In this document: positions 45,993 to 55,979 of the stretch, piece after piece | Position numbering within the stretch: position 1 is the stretch's first letter | Layout: the number at the start of each line of letters is the position of its first letter | Assembly (NCBI GenBank): GCA_965206695.1 | Contig: CBDBKM010000011.1 | Span: 352,001 to 416,000, forward strand | Direction: 5' to 3' | Origin: Chlamydiales bacterium | GTDB taxonomy: Bacteria; Chlamydiota; Chlamydiia; Chlamydiales; JAAZZY01 | Length of the DNA stretch: 64,000 nt | Made by a program: the position numbers and the translations under genes | The notes under the pieces: model-generated | Told to the model about the DNA's origin: nothing | The model's database searches: none | What the model saw: the letters and a program-made list of their open reading frames with translations, nothing else

Positions 45993-46465
45993 TTGAATAT
46001 ATTTCATTTGTTAACAGTGCCATATAAGACAGTTATTTCGATAGGGCTACTGTTGTCATCCAAAAATAAGAAAATTAGGCAAAACTTAAACCCTAAAATA
46101 TTAAATATGGGTAAACTATCCTAGATACAGGTCCCGCTATTTGGTAAAAAACCGGGTTTTTCCTATTACAACGACTTGTTTGTGAATCGAATGCTTCTTA
46201 AGAAACTAATAATCAAATGTTAGAAGATCTATTAAAGAATGTATTAAGTAAAAGAATTCAAGCAAGCAACCTAAAAAAAGGCAAATGTATTAAAATTTTA
46301 TGTTTAAAGACACTTTTCTCAATAAAGCCAACAAATCGCATAACTTTTTAATAATCTGTAAATTACTTGTATTAAAATAGATGTAAGATTTTTTAATTTT
46401 CTTTATAAATGCTAAATAATTAGAAGTTATAATTCATTTTATTAATATAAAGTTATTAGGTATTT

Positions 46466-48019
46466 ATGTATTTAACAAATATTTTTGATAATTTCAGAAA
46501 TCAAACCGTTCAAATAGAAAATAACACGTATGTAATTAGAAGATATAACGACAGAATATGGGGAGTTCGAAAAGCAGATCGAAGTTTATTGAAATACGTT
46601 CCATTAATAAACAGGATTATAATAAACGGGAAAGAAAAAGTAATAAACGGGAAAGAAAAAGTAATAAACGGGAAAGAAAAAGTTGTGCTGCAAAATATCC
46701 TAAAACAACAAAAATTATTTGTTATATTTGTTATTCATACAAAAAAATTGGTTATCCAAAAAGCACGATGCTCTAACCCTTTAAATCAAGTATCTGCGGA
46801 TAATTTTCAAAAAATAGGGCGTTATGAAATAAGAACGAAAAACTTTAAAGAACTTATTAATCTACTAAATGCTCAAACGCAAAAAGGAATAGCAAGTAAA
46901 AAGCATAACGAAAAACCACTACCACTACATATAAAAAAAGATAAGAATTTATTGAATGATGTTGATCTGCGTGGACAAAGTATAGAGGTACGGGTTAAAG
47001 ATACTCAGATAGAGGCACGGGTTAAAGATACTCAGAGGTCGGTTACAAATATTCAAAAAATGAGCGAGGGTATTCAGGAACTGAATCAAGAGGTCCTCTT
47101 GAAACGGCTTGAAGATATCCAGGAGCACAGTAACAATATCCGGAACCTGATTATAAAGATCCAACTTCCGGTTAAAAAGGTTGAGGATCAATATATTAAG
47201 GAGCTGAATGACCATGTCAAAACACAGTTTCAAAAGACCCTGTATCTGCATCAAGATTTCTCTTTGCTTGATCGATATATCGATAAGGTGAATGTAAATG
47301 TCCAAAAACTCAGTAAAAATATCAAGGATAACAATATCAAGGAGCTGAGTATAAATATCCAAAAACAGATTCCGAGTATTCAAGAACAGATTAAGGATAT
47401 CAAGGAGCTGATTATAGATATAGATGATCTCGAGAAGCTGACTAGAGATCTCGAGACTCAAGATATCGAGGAGCGCATTCAAACGATCCAAAATATCGAG
47501 AAGCAAACTCAAGCTATCCACAACATCGGTAAAGATATCCGGAATGGAGCTATCAAGGTGTTGACTAAAGATATCGAAAAGCTGAGTATAAATGTTGAGA
47601 ATCAAAATACGATTTCTGAGTCAGAGGCTACAGAAAAGCCGAAAACATTTAAGACAATAAATAAAAAGGACTTTGTAGGCGTAGTTCATAATGGCATGCT
47701 CATAGTTACTAACAAAAAAAATAAAACAGATTTAAAAGATTTTATAAAATCACTCAAAGAAAATGAATATAAAACATTTAAAAATATGCCCTATTATAAA
47801 AACATAGCTATCATTCCAACAAAAAACTTACATGAAAACAACTGTTTCAAATTTTCTTCAATGCAGCCTCAAGTTCAAATAACCGAATCCGAATATAGAA
47901 CAGTAGAAGTCAACGGAATAGAAGAGCCTATTTCAGTAACCGCAGATGGATTAGAGGCAGCTCAACGAAAATTATCCGAGACGGCGGCTAACGCGCTTAG
48001 AATCGCTGACTACGTCTAG
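46466..48019 (+). CDS. Hypothetical coiled-coil protein with short tandem repeats
   Basis: 517-aa ORF; I/Q/K/D-rich heptads in the middle. Confidence 0.7.
   Translation: MYLTNIFDNFRNQTVQIENNTYVIRRYNDRIWGVRKADRSLLKYVPLINRIIINGKEKVINGKEKVINGKEKVVLQNILKQQKLFVIFVIHTKKLVIQKARCSNPLNQVSADNFQKIGRYEIRTKNFKELINLLNAQTQKGIASKKHNEKPLPLHIKKDKNLLNDVDLRGQSIEVRVKDTQIEARVKDTQRSVTNIQKMSEGIQELNQEVLLKRLEDIQEHSNNIRNLIIKIQLPVKKVEDQYIKELNDHVKTQFQKTLYLHQDFSLLDRYIDKVNVNVQKLSKNIKDNNIKELSINIQKQIPSIQEQIKDIKELIIDIDDLEKLTRDLETQDIEERIQTIQNIEKQTQAIHNIGKDIRNGAIKVLTKDIEKLSINVENQNTISESEATEKPKTFKTINKKDFVGVVHNGMLIVTNKKNKTDLKDFIKSLKENEYKTFKNMPYYKNIAIIPTKNLHENNCFKFSSMQPQVQITESEYRTVEVNGIEEPISVTADGLEAAQRKLSETAANALRIADYV
46620..46683 (+). 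repeat. 21-bp perfect tandem repeat x3 (INGKEKV)
   Basis: TAATAAACGGGAAAGAAAAAG three times. Confidence 0.95.
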
Positions 48020-48676
48020 CTACTTGCGTGTCCTGCAAGTTGTTTCTTCGCTGCGCCTTTTCCTGTTTCAACACATCCCTATCATTCAGGGGTTTCGCGC
48101 AAAGCTATTAAACATTAGCCAAGGTATGCTTCCTATTTAAAGTGATTGCCGTTTTTATAATTTCCCAATCTTGCCGGTAAAAAGATACCTTATCTTTTAT
48201 TCTTCGTTGCCATTTGTTTAACCAAGCATAAATAAGACCTCTGCATAAACGATTCTTGGTGCCTATGCAATGCCTTGCACCCATAAAAAACTGCTTATTA
48301 TAAAACTTATCAAAATAAATGAAAAATAAGTTTAGACAATTAGCAAGGCGATTGCATATAAATTATTTTGACTAAGAGATAAGTTATTTGGCATGATGTT
48401 TTTCCAAAAGGAGATTTATCGTGACAATGTTACAAAGTTTACAAACTGCGTGTTCAAATATTAAAGATTTTCGAGTTGAGCGTAATAAGAACTATTCTCT
48501 TAATAGCATTATTTTTATAGTTTTATGTTCTGCTCTTGCCGGTATTGATGATTGGGTAGGCATGGAAGATTACTGCGAAGCTAATTTTGATTTTTTAAAA
48601 AAGCATATTGATTTATCTGAAGGTGTTCCTTCTCACGATACGATTGGTCGTGTAATGAGTCGTATTGATTTCAATA

Positions 48677-49770
48677 TACCCCTTATGAATCAAAGTGCCG
48701 ATTCTAAGACTTGAAAATGATTATTGATTCGTTTCCTCATTGATTGAGCAATAGAGGGCCAAGTATTTTCAAAAAATCCGGTAATCGATCTCCGAAATTC
48801 TTTAGCAGAATTAAAAAACCGATTATTGCGACAATATTCATTCATCACTTTCCATAATCGTTCAATGGGATTGAGGTTAGGACTGTAAGAAGGTAAATAA
48901 TAGAGAATAATACCTTGTTTTTCTGCTTCTTGTTTGGTCTGAATACTTGTATTATAAGGGCCTTGATCTAAAATAAGATGGATATTTGGAGCTGAGAGGT
49001 ATTTTGACCGTAGCAAAGCAAAATGCTTTGCCATGGTACCGCTATTTAATGTTTCATAAGCATCTATTGTTACCTTCATACTGTTTAAATTGATAGACCC
49101 CATAAGATTCATTCGAGTACGAGAAGCTGTTGTTGCAATCAATTTATCTGTTCCCGGTCGAATCCAACCATAAGAAATTTTAGTTGCCATAGTTGGATGT
49201 ACACCATCAGCAAATTCAACAGGCTCATTTTTAGGCAGAGATGCCATAAGCTTGGCGTAAAATTGCATCCAAGCTTTTTGTTGATCAGAATTTGCCTTAG
49301 CCGGTGTACCTTTAGGCTTTTTATAGGAAAAACCATGTGAGTGTAGCCAAGAAGTCATCCTTGAAATCGTATAAACAATGCCATATTTCGCGAGAACATA
49401 AGAACAGATATCTTCTACTTTGACATAGGTATGAGTTGTTAAATGTTTAATGAATTCTTCTGACTGTGGCGCAAGAAGTTTACTGACTGAACCACCGCTT
49501 TCTACATGCAATTGCTGTTTATTTTGATATTCTTTAATGTGACGAGACACTGTTTCATCGTCTAAAAGCACAGCTTCAGCAATACGAGTATTACTCCAAC
49601 CTTTATTCGACAATAGAACAGCCTTGATACGATCTCGTATACGACCATTCTTTTCTCGTTTATGTTGCTGTCTGAGATGCTTTTTTTCTGATAGTGTTAA
49701 GAATGAATTCATACAAAATAATTTACACTATACGAATACAAAATATCCGGAGTTTTATTCGTGATGAGTA
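48677..49770 (-). mobile_element. IS630-family element, 1094 bp (copy 2)
   Basis: Same ends and TA flanks as copy 1. Confidence 0.95.
48690..49712 (-). CDS. IS630 transposase, 340 aa
   Basis: A few substitutions versus copies 1 and 3. Confidence 0.95.
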   Translation of the reverse strand: MNSFLTLSEKKHLRQQHKREKNGRIRDRIKAVLLSNKGWSNTRIAEAVLLDDETVSRHIKEYQNKQQLHVESGGSVSKLLAPQSEEFIKHLTTHTYVKVEDICSYVLAKYGIVYTISRMTSWLHSHGFSYKKPKGTPAKANSDQQKAWMQFYAKLMASLPKNEPVEFADGVHPTMATKISYGWIRPGTDKLIATTASRTRMNLMGSINLNSMKVTIDAYETLNSGTMAKHFALLRSKYLSAPNIHLILDQGPYNTSIQTKQEAEKQGIILYYLPSYSPNLNPIERLWKVMNEYCRNNRFFNSAKEFRRSITGFFENTWPSIAQSMRKRINNHFQVLESAL

Positions 49771-50032
49771 TAGATGTTACTTTTAATGAAGATAAGTCGC
49801 AAATTTACAAAGACAATGCTCCTAAAAATATGAATATCATTAGAAAGTGGGCTCTTAATTTAATCAATAAAACGAAAGGAAAGCTTAGCATTAGAAGAAT
49901 GCAAAACCGAATGAAAATGACAGGATCTAGATTAGTAGAGATTTTAAACAATAAAATTTAAATGCAATCGCCCTGAGACAATTAGTGAGTTTTAAAAAAT
50001 ATTATCAAGTCAGTTATGCAGAAATCTTTAGT

Positions 50033-50116
50033 TGAGAGTAAAAAATCAACTAGCCATCATTACCGGAGCAAAGCGTAGCATAGGAAAAAGTATAGCCCAA
50101 GTCTTTGCAAAGTGAG
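50033..50116 (+). pseudogene. Short-chain dehydrogenase N-terminal fragment
   Basis: LRVKNQLAIITGAKRSIGKSIAQVFAK then stop; degenerate TGxxxGIG. Confidence 0.55.
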
Positions 50117-50131
50117 TGGGGGATTATGTGT

Positions 50132-50317
50132 ATACCGGGTGGGGCAGTTGGTATGTTACACCTTTGAAGATCCTATCGAAGCCGGAAAGCATGGGATTTG
50201 GTTGAAAACCGTACAAGTTTCCCTGCGGGAGTTTTTATTGTGAAAACCACTCTTTGTTCCTCCGGCAGCGATCATTGAATTAAAAATCCCTTCCCTTTAG
50301 AATTTGGAGACTGTCAA
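50132..50317 (+). ncRNA. Diverged orphan IS605 right end / omegaRNA-like scaffold with longer middle
   Basis: GGGCAGTTGGTATGTTACACCTTTGAAGATC...AATCCCTTCCCTTTAG...CTGTCAA. Confidence 0.6.
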
Positions 50318-50321
50318 GAAT

Positions 50322-50363
50322 TTCCATTTCCTCTACTTAAGTTATAAGAAAAGGAAATGGAAT
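50322..50363 (-). terminator. Hairpin after the 749-aa gene
   Basis: TTCCATTTCCT...AGGAAATGGAA. Confidence 0.55.
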
Positions 50364-50369
50364 CATTGA

Positions 50370-52619
50370 TTACACCTGCATTTCATAAAATGAAAAATCA
50401 AAAAGGTTTCCAAAGTTATTTTTAAGTTTCGATTGCAAAGTAGTGGAATGAATTCCTTTTATACGACCATCAATAGTCTTTAACATATTCATCATACGAT
50501 AATAGCGCTGTCCTGCTACTAATCGCTCCCTGATAACCAGAGGCATCGCAAAAGTCATTGAATAGATTCTATTAATATCTTCCTCATAAAGTTTTCCTTT
50601 ACTGAGAAGATTTAAAAAAGCATAAAATTGAGTTTGGACCGTTCCGCCAATATCAATACTGTCTTTACAAGTTAAACTAAATGAATTCACTTGAGTCAAG
50701 TCAATAATTTTTAATTCGATAAAGCAATAAGCAATATCGATAAATTCTTGTCTTTCTTTTACTGATAATACGTTTTTATTTGAAAAAAAGAAATGGTGTA
50801 CTCCTTTAAATAATCCATCAATAAAGCCACCGGAAAATAAAAGATTAAAAATCCATTTTGGAAAGTAAAACCCACAATCTTCACTCATCAAATGCTCTTT
50901 AAATTGTTCTATGAATAACTTGCTTTCATTTAAAGTATCATAGGGTGGATATTGATGATAAAAATCTGAGTCATGATTGAGCGTCACTACATTCAGACTA
51001 TCAGCAAATTCTGCAAATAACTGGGTCTGCTCCAAAGCATAACAACGTTTAAACTCTTTCCAGGAATTCCTATTTTGTAAATTAATAATTAAATGCTTAT
51101 TTTTAGCCGATTCAAACTGAATTGCTTTTAAATAGGACTTAAACTCATCAGTAATTTCTACTTCTCGCACATTTTTCTGAAATGTAGGAGAAGGAAGACG
51201 TATACAACTGATATGGTTTTGGCCTATTTGCATTTTATAAAAGATACCGGGAAGATTCCATTGACTAAGTGTATCAAAAGCACGAGGTATCCCTTCTTCT
51301 AACGAATGCAGGGTATGATATAGGGGCCCATTTGGAAAATTTTGCATTATCCTGCTAAAAATGGCATAGTCTTCTTCGAATGTATCCCATATGCTTTTTT
51401 CTTTTTTTGCAGATTCTTTTATCGGCTTTCTTCCAAAAACAATTTTACCTTCTTCAAGAATTTCATCTAAATTATGTTTTAGATTCTTTATTTCAATCGC
51501 ATGTTCAAACAAACTAATACTAAGTATTTGAATAATGTCTAAAATACTGTTTAGAAAACGATTCGATTTGGGAGGTGGATAACCATTTAGCTTAATATAT
51601 TCATCTGTATGTATCCCTTCTCGTAAGTAATATTGAAAATCCTGAAAATAGTTTAAACAGCATTTACTATATTCATTTTTATAACAGTTTTTTGGATTAG
51701 CACACATCATCAAAGACATAACCGCTTTATTTATTGATGATACAACTCCCATTTCTTTTAATTTCAAAGCTTCTTGATAAAACTCGCATAAATAAGGTTG
51801 GATGGATTTTAAGATGTGTTGCGCTGAATGACAAATGCTATTGTCATACCATCTTTTCATTAAAATAATGGGATTTTCAGTTTTCTCCTTCCCGAGAAGT
51901 TCACTGAAACTACAAGCTAGTTTTAAATTTCGTATTAATGCCTTATTATAAAAAGGACTCCCATCCTCTTTTTCCATAAATAATAGTTCATAGTCATTAT
52001 CATCTTTGATACTCTCTACCTCTAAAAAGGCTTGTTTTTCTTTTCTTAAGATCAATGCCTCTGTTCCGGAATCTCTCTCTTCTTCTTCATTTTCTTTAGT
52101 AACTCTTTTAGCTAAGTCTATTAAATAAGGTCTTTTTCCTTCTTCCTCTACAGCAACCCTTTCTCGATAAAAATTATCTAATTGCTTAAATTCCCTCGTC
52201 CTGGAAACTCCATGTTTATGAACACCTCTAAATAAATGGGTATAATTGTCTAATTTTTTTGAAGCTGTTCCAACGAGCTTCATTATTCTATGAATCCCTT
52301 TTTGATTCTTTTCTTCATAAAAACGAGTAAATTCTTTTTTATAGAAATCCTTTACATAATTTAAAACGGTTGAAAAAGTATCTTTGATTAATTCTTCTGT
52401 CTGTTTATCCCCTGCATCTGAAGTCCAATGAATACCGCTTTGTTCAAATTCCTCTATTTCCATTAATTCATCACCCGCTTGCACTACTATATGGTTGTCA
52501 TCAGTAATACCAATATGATCTTCCTTATGCATGTCGGCTAAGCTCGTAAGGTTCTCCACGGCTTCCATAATGCTCATATCATGCTCTTGCGAGCTGTTAT
52601 TATTCCTTTTATCTGACAT
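50370..52619 (-). CDS. Large hypothetical protein with degenerate CX5R-like loop
   Basis: 749-aa ORF; acidic N-terminus; SLTCKDSIDIG. Confidence 0.75.
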   Translation of the reverse strand: MSDKRNNNSSQEHDMSIMEAVENLTSLADMHKEDHIGITDDNHIVVQAGDELMEIEEFEQSGIHWTSDAGDKQTEELIKDTFSTVLNYVKDFYKKEFTRFYEEKNQKGIHRIMKLVGTASKKLDNYTHLFRGVHKHGVSRTREFKQLDNFYRERVAVEEEGKRPYLIDLAKRVTKENEEEERDSGTEALILRKEKQAFLEVESIKDDNDYELLFMEKEDGSPFYNKALIRNLKLACSFSELLGKEKTENPIILMKRWYDNSICHSAQHILKSIQPYLCEFYQEALKLKEMGVVSSINKAVMSLMMCANPKNCYKNEYSKCCLNYFQDFQYYLREGIHTDEYIKLNGYPPPKSNRFLNSILDIIQILSISLFEHAIEIKNLKHNLDEILEEGKIVFGRKPIKESAKKEKSIWDTFEEDYAIFSRIMQNFPNGPLYHTLHSLEEGIPRAFDTLSQWNLPGIFYKMQIGQNHISCIRLPSPTFQKNVREVEITDEFKSYLKAIQFESAKNKHLIINLQNRNSWKEFKRCYALEQTQLFAEFADSLNVVTLNHDSDFYHQYPPYDTLNESKLFIEQFKEHLMSEDCGFYFPKWIFNLLFSGGFIDGLFKGVHHFFFSNKNVLSVKERQEFIDIAYCFIELKIIDLTQVNSFSLTCKDSIDIGGTVQTQFYAFLNLLSKGKLYEEDINRIYSMTFAMPLVIRERLVAGQRYYRMMNMLKTIDGRIKGIHSTTLQSKLKNNFGNLFDFSFYEMQV

Positions 52620-53086
52620 AACGTACCTATTTGGGTTATTATATTTACTCCCCCTATTAGCTTATTTTACTAAAATTACAGATTAATAAAAATTAGAAAA
52701 ACCTTTAAACTACTTAATTAAGAGATAAAGTTTTTTATTAATAATTAATATTAATTAATCGCAATATCTGATATAATTAATTAAATTCTATTTTTTTAAT
52801 AATTTGGTTATAAATCACTTACATCTTAATCTTCTATATTTTGGCTTTTTTCATTTTTAATCACTAATTTTTATTTTTTAACTAACTGATAATTAATTAT
52901 TTAATTGTAAAAAAACTAAAAGATTTCTTAAGAAGCAAAGGTTGTAGCTTTTAAAAAAAGCCCGATCCTTAATGTCTATAATTAAATCTTTTAGATACAT
53001 TAAAATGCATCTTATTAATTATTAATAATTTAGACAGTTTAAAAAATGCAATAATTTGATTCCGACAGTTTTTTTAGACATTTTCA

Positions 53087-55102
53087 TTGGTAAGAGTATA
53101 TAGAGAAATTAAAGGAAGTTTATCAGGCAAATTAAGGACTCTATATACAGTGGAAAAAAAATCTCAAAATGTCACTCAAAAGTTAATATCTAAACATCTT
53201 TTATCGGGAGAAATGATTCCCGGAGAAGAAATCTCTATGAAAATCGATCAAACTCTAACTCAAGATGCTACCGGTACGATGGTTATGCTTGAATTAGAAG
53301 CTATGGGCTGTGATAAAGTAAAAACGAACTTGTCCGCTCAATATGTTGACCATAATCTGATACAAACTGACTTTAAAAATCCGGATGATCATATTTTCTT
53401 AAGAAGTGCCTGCCGTAAGTTCGGAGTATGGTATAGCCCTGCCGGGAATGGAGTTAGCCATCCTGTTCACATGGAATCATTTGGGATTCCGGGCGACACT
53501 TTATTAGGTTCGGATAGCCATACTTGCGCAGCAGGATCATTAGGCATGCTAGCAATTGGAACAGGGGGATTAGAGGTAGCACTTGCAATGCTAGGCAAGC
53601 CTTTTTTTGTTACAATGCCAAAAGTATTTGGCATCTGTTTACAAGGAAAACTTCCTGATTGGGTGAGCGCTAAAGATATAATACTTGAAGTCCTTAGACG
53701 GCATGATGTTATCGGAGGTATTGGAAAAATAATCGAATATTATGGATCGGGTTTAAAAAATCTTTCAGCTATGGATCGTCATGTCATTGCTAATATGGGA
53801 GCGGAATTAGGTGCAACAACAACTGTTTTTCCTTCTGATGAAGAAATTAAGCGCTTTATGACAACTCAACAAAGAGAATCTGAGTGGAAAAAAATTGTTG
53901 CTGATGAAGGTGCAATATATGATGAACACGATGAAATTGATTTATCAAAATTAGAACCTTTAATCGCTCTACCCGGCAGCCCCGGAAAAGTTGTTCCGGT
54001 AAGAGAAGTTGCCGGTAAGGAAATCTACCAATCAATGGTAGGATCATCAGCTAATCCCGGCTTAAGAGATTTTCTAATCACGTCACTTATTGTAAAAGAT
54101 AGGCGTATTGACCCAAGGGTTTCTTTCGATATCAATCCGACTTCAAGACAAATATTAGAGAACATGATTGAAATGGGTTCATTAAGTGATCTCGTTCGAT
54201 CCGGAGGCCGTATTCACCAACCGGGATGTAATGGGTGCATAGGAATGGGTCAAGCTCCTGCAAGTAACCAAGTCAGTTTAAGAACAGTACCTAGAAATTT
54301 TCCGGGAAGATCAGGCACAAAAGATGATCAAGTTTTTTTATGCAGCCCTGAAACAGCTGCTGTTTCAGCTTTAAAAGGTGAAATAACAGATCCTAGAGAT
54401 GCCGATTTTAAATACCCGATTTTTACTGAACCTACTAAGATGATTCTCAATAAAGAAAGTGTTATTGAACCTGCGAAAAAAGGCGAGACAACAAAATTAA
54501 TTATGGGACCTAACATAAAACCACTTCCTAAATTCTCCGCTTTAGAAGATCAGGTTTCCGGCCCTATTTTACTGAAACTAGGAGACAATATTTCTACAGA
54601 TACCATCCTCCCGGCCGGTAGTGATATACTTCCTTTCAGGAGTAATATCCCTGAAATCAGCAAATTTGCTTTTTATCAAGCTGATGAAAATTTCTATAAT
54701 CGGGCTATGAAATATCAAGATAGTGGCTTTATTGTGATCGGAGGAAGTAACTATGGGCAAGGCTCCAGTAGAGAACACGCAGCAATTGCTCCAAGATATT
54801 TAGGGTTACAGGCCGTTATTGCAAAATCATATGCAAGAATTCATAGAAAAAATTTAATTAATTTCGGTATTCTCCCTCTTTTATTTGAAAATGATGAAGA
54901 TTATGACACTCTCGATCAAGAGGATGTCTTAGAAATAAGTGATATTAAAAATAATATAGCTAAAGATATCTCTCTTACCGTAAATAATAAAACCAAAAAT
55001 CAATTATTCCAAGCTCGTTTATCTTTAACAGAACATGAAATCGAAATGCTTAAACACGGCGGATTAATTAATCTCTCCTTAGGTAATATCGTCATAAAAT
55101 AG
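53087..55102 (+). CDS. Aconitate hydratase (short Aquifex-like type); likely start GTG 53150
   Basis: QDATG, YVDHN, GSDSHT, ANMGAELG, GCNGCIG, RNFPGR, NYGQGSSREHA. Confidence 0.93.
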   Translation: MVRVYREIKGSLSGKLRTLYTVEKKSQNVTQKLISKHLLSGEMIPGEEISMKIDQTLTQDATGTMVMLELEAMGCDKVKTNLSAQYVDHNLIQTDFKNPDDHIFLRSACRKFGVWYSPAGNGVSHPVHMESFGIPGDTLLGSDSHTCAAGSLGMLAIGTGGLEVALAMLGKPFFVTMPKVFGICLQGKLPDWVSAKDIILEVLRRHDVIGGIGKIIEYYGSGLKNLSAMDRHVIANMGAELGATTTVFPSDEEIKRFMTTQQRESEWKKIVADEGAIYDEHDEIDLSKLEPLIALPGSPGKVVPVREVAGKEIYQSMVGSSANPGLRDFLITSLIVKDRRIDPRVSFDINPTSRQILENMIEMGSLSDLVRSGGRIHQPGCNGCIGMGQAPASNQVSLRTVPRNFPGRSGTKDDQVFLCSPETAAVSALKGEITDPRDADFKYPIFTEPTKMILNKESVIEPAKKGETTKLIMGPNIKPLPKFSALEDQVSGPILLKLGDNISTDTILPAGSDILPFRSNIPEISKFAFYQADENFYNRAMKYQDSGFIVIGGSNYGQGSSREHAAIAPRYLGLQAVIAKSYARIHRKNLINFGILPLLFENDEDYDTLDQEDVLEISDIKNNIAKDISLTVNNKTKNQLFQARLSLTEHEIEMLKHGGLINLSLGNIVIK

Positions 55103-55268
55103 TTCCTCGGGAAGCAATACAGCGGATGTGCACAGCAGCCAAGAATGATGCTGTATTCTTAAATAGAAGAATCTTAAAATTTTAAATTTACTATACTTTT
55201 GATAAAAAAGGTTTTTTTATGACCACCTTTAACACATAGGTGGCACGATATTTCTGATGCACTTTAGG

Positions 55269-55397
55269 TTGACAGCTCCCAACCCTAAAGGGAAGGGATT
55301 CCTAATTTATCGACCACTGCTAACAAACAAGCTAGTCTAACATGATCTCCAAAGGCTTAAATTACCGACTGCCCTGCGGTATCGAGATTAATAGATG
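55269..55397 (-). ncRNA. Orphan IS605 right end / omegaRNA-like scaffold, near-identical to 21768-21897
   Basis: Only about three differences seen over 130 bp; truncated by an IS30 end. Confidence 0.8.
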
Positions 55398-55443
55398 CGC
55401 CCTTTCAACATCGAAGTGCAACAAACCGCTACAAATTAAACTT
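55398..55443 (+). mobile_element. Isolated IS30 left end (46 bp)
   Basis: Identical to 58605-58650. Confidence 0.9.
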
Positions 55444-55749
55444 AAGGCATACCCCCACCCCCGATCTGAAACGGTACTGTTTTGGATTTGAAAAACATAC
55501 TGCACCGCGGTGCAAATACGGTGCAGTGAACTTGATAAACAACCAACAACAATCAACAGAAACCAATAGATTTTTATTGATTTCCTCTCTATAATGTTGT
55601 TCGTTATGATTGGATATTGTTGGTTAAGTCTTTGATACACCGCCCTTATAATCCGATGTATATGCGATTAATATAGGAGCTAACTCGTAAACTTCAGTAG
55701 CTTTTTAGGACGCTGATGGGATTTTAAAATTAAAATTACCACCTATTTA

Positions 55750-55960
55750 TACTGCAAATGTTGTGTGAATTAAGGTTTTTTTGCTAATTAAAGATATGAC
55801 TGTAAAGTAATGCATGATAGAGATCTCAATGGAGCTATTAACATATATACCGCAGGGGAGTCGGTAATTTAAGCCTTTGGAGACCGTGTTAGACTAACCT
55901 TTTTGTTAGCAGTGGTTGTTGAATCAGGAATCTCTTCCCTTTAGGGTTGGGAGCTATCAA
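55750..55960 (+). mobile_element. tnpB C-terminal remnant plus right end / omegaRNA-like scaffold
   Basis: HDRDLNGAINI fragment, AAGCCTTTGGAGAC...CCCTTTAGGGTTGGGAGCTATCAA. Confidence 0.8.
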
Positions 55961-55979
55961 CTAATTCCGGGGAAGGATT

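Larger units (their letters stand above)
48344..49975 (+). mobile_element. ISAs1-family element, transposase interrupted by IS630 and internally deleted
   Basis: TIR CAAGGCGATTGCAT / ATGCAATCGCCCTG; 10-bp TSD AGACAATTAG; GVPSHDTIGRV (48421-48676) and DVTFNED (49773-49961). Confidence 0.92.
48235..50027 (-). mobile_element. Second copy of the 168-bp-type MITE, interrupted by ISAs1
   Basis: 48235-48343 and 49986-50027 join to the reverse complement of 45825-45992. Confidence 0.85.

Noticed and set aside
45897..46124. 75-aa ORF
   Set aside because: Starts inside a MITE; no coding features
46949..47605. 218-aa hydrophobic antisense ORF
   Set aside because: Expected shadow of the codon-biased coiled-coil block on the plus strand
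47960..48060. AANALRIADYV end suggesting a tmRNA tag or attC site
   Set aside because: No tRNA-like domain, no terminal ALAA, no RYYYAAC/GTTRRRY pair and no integrase
52620..53086. Very AT-rich spacer as possible oriC
   Set aside because: No DnaA-box cluster seen; fits a divergent promoter region
54040..54056. Aconitase GSSAN lacking one Fe-S Cys
   Set aside because: I recall this variant in the short aconitase subfamily, so it is not evidence of inactivation; unverified
55362..55640. 92-aa ORF
   Set aside because: Crosses three unrelated mobile-element fragments
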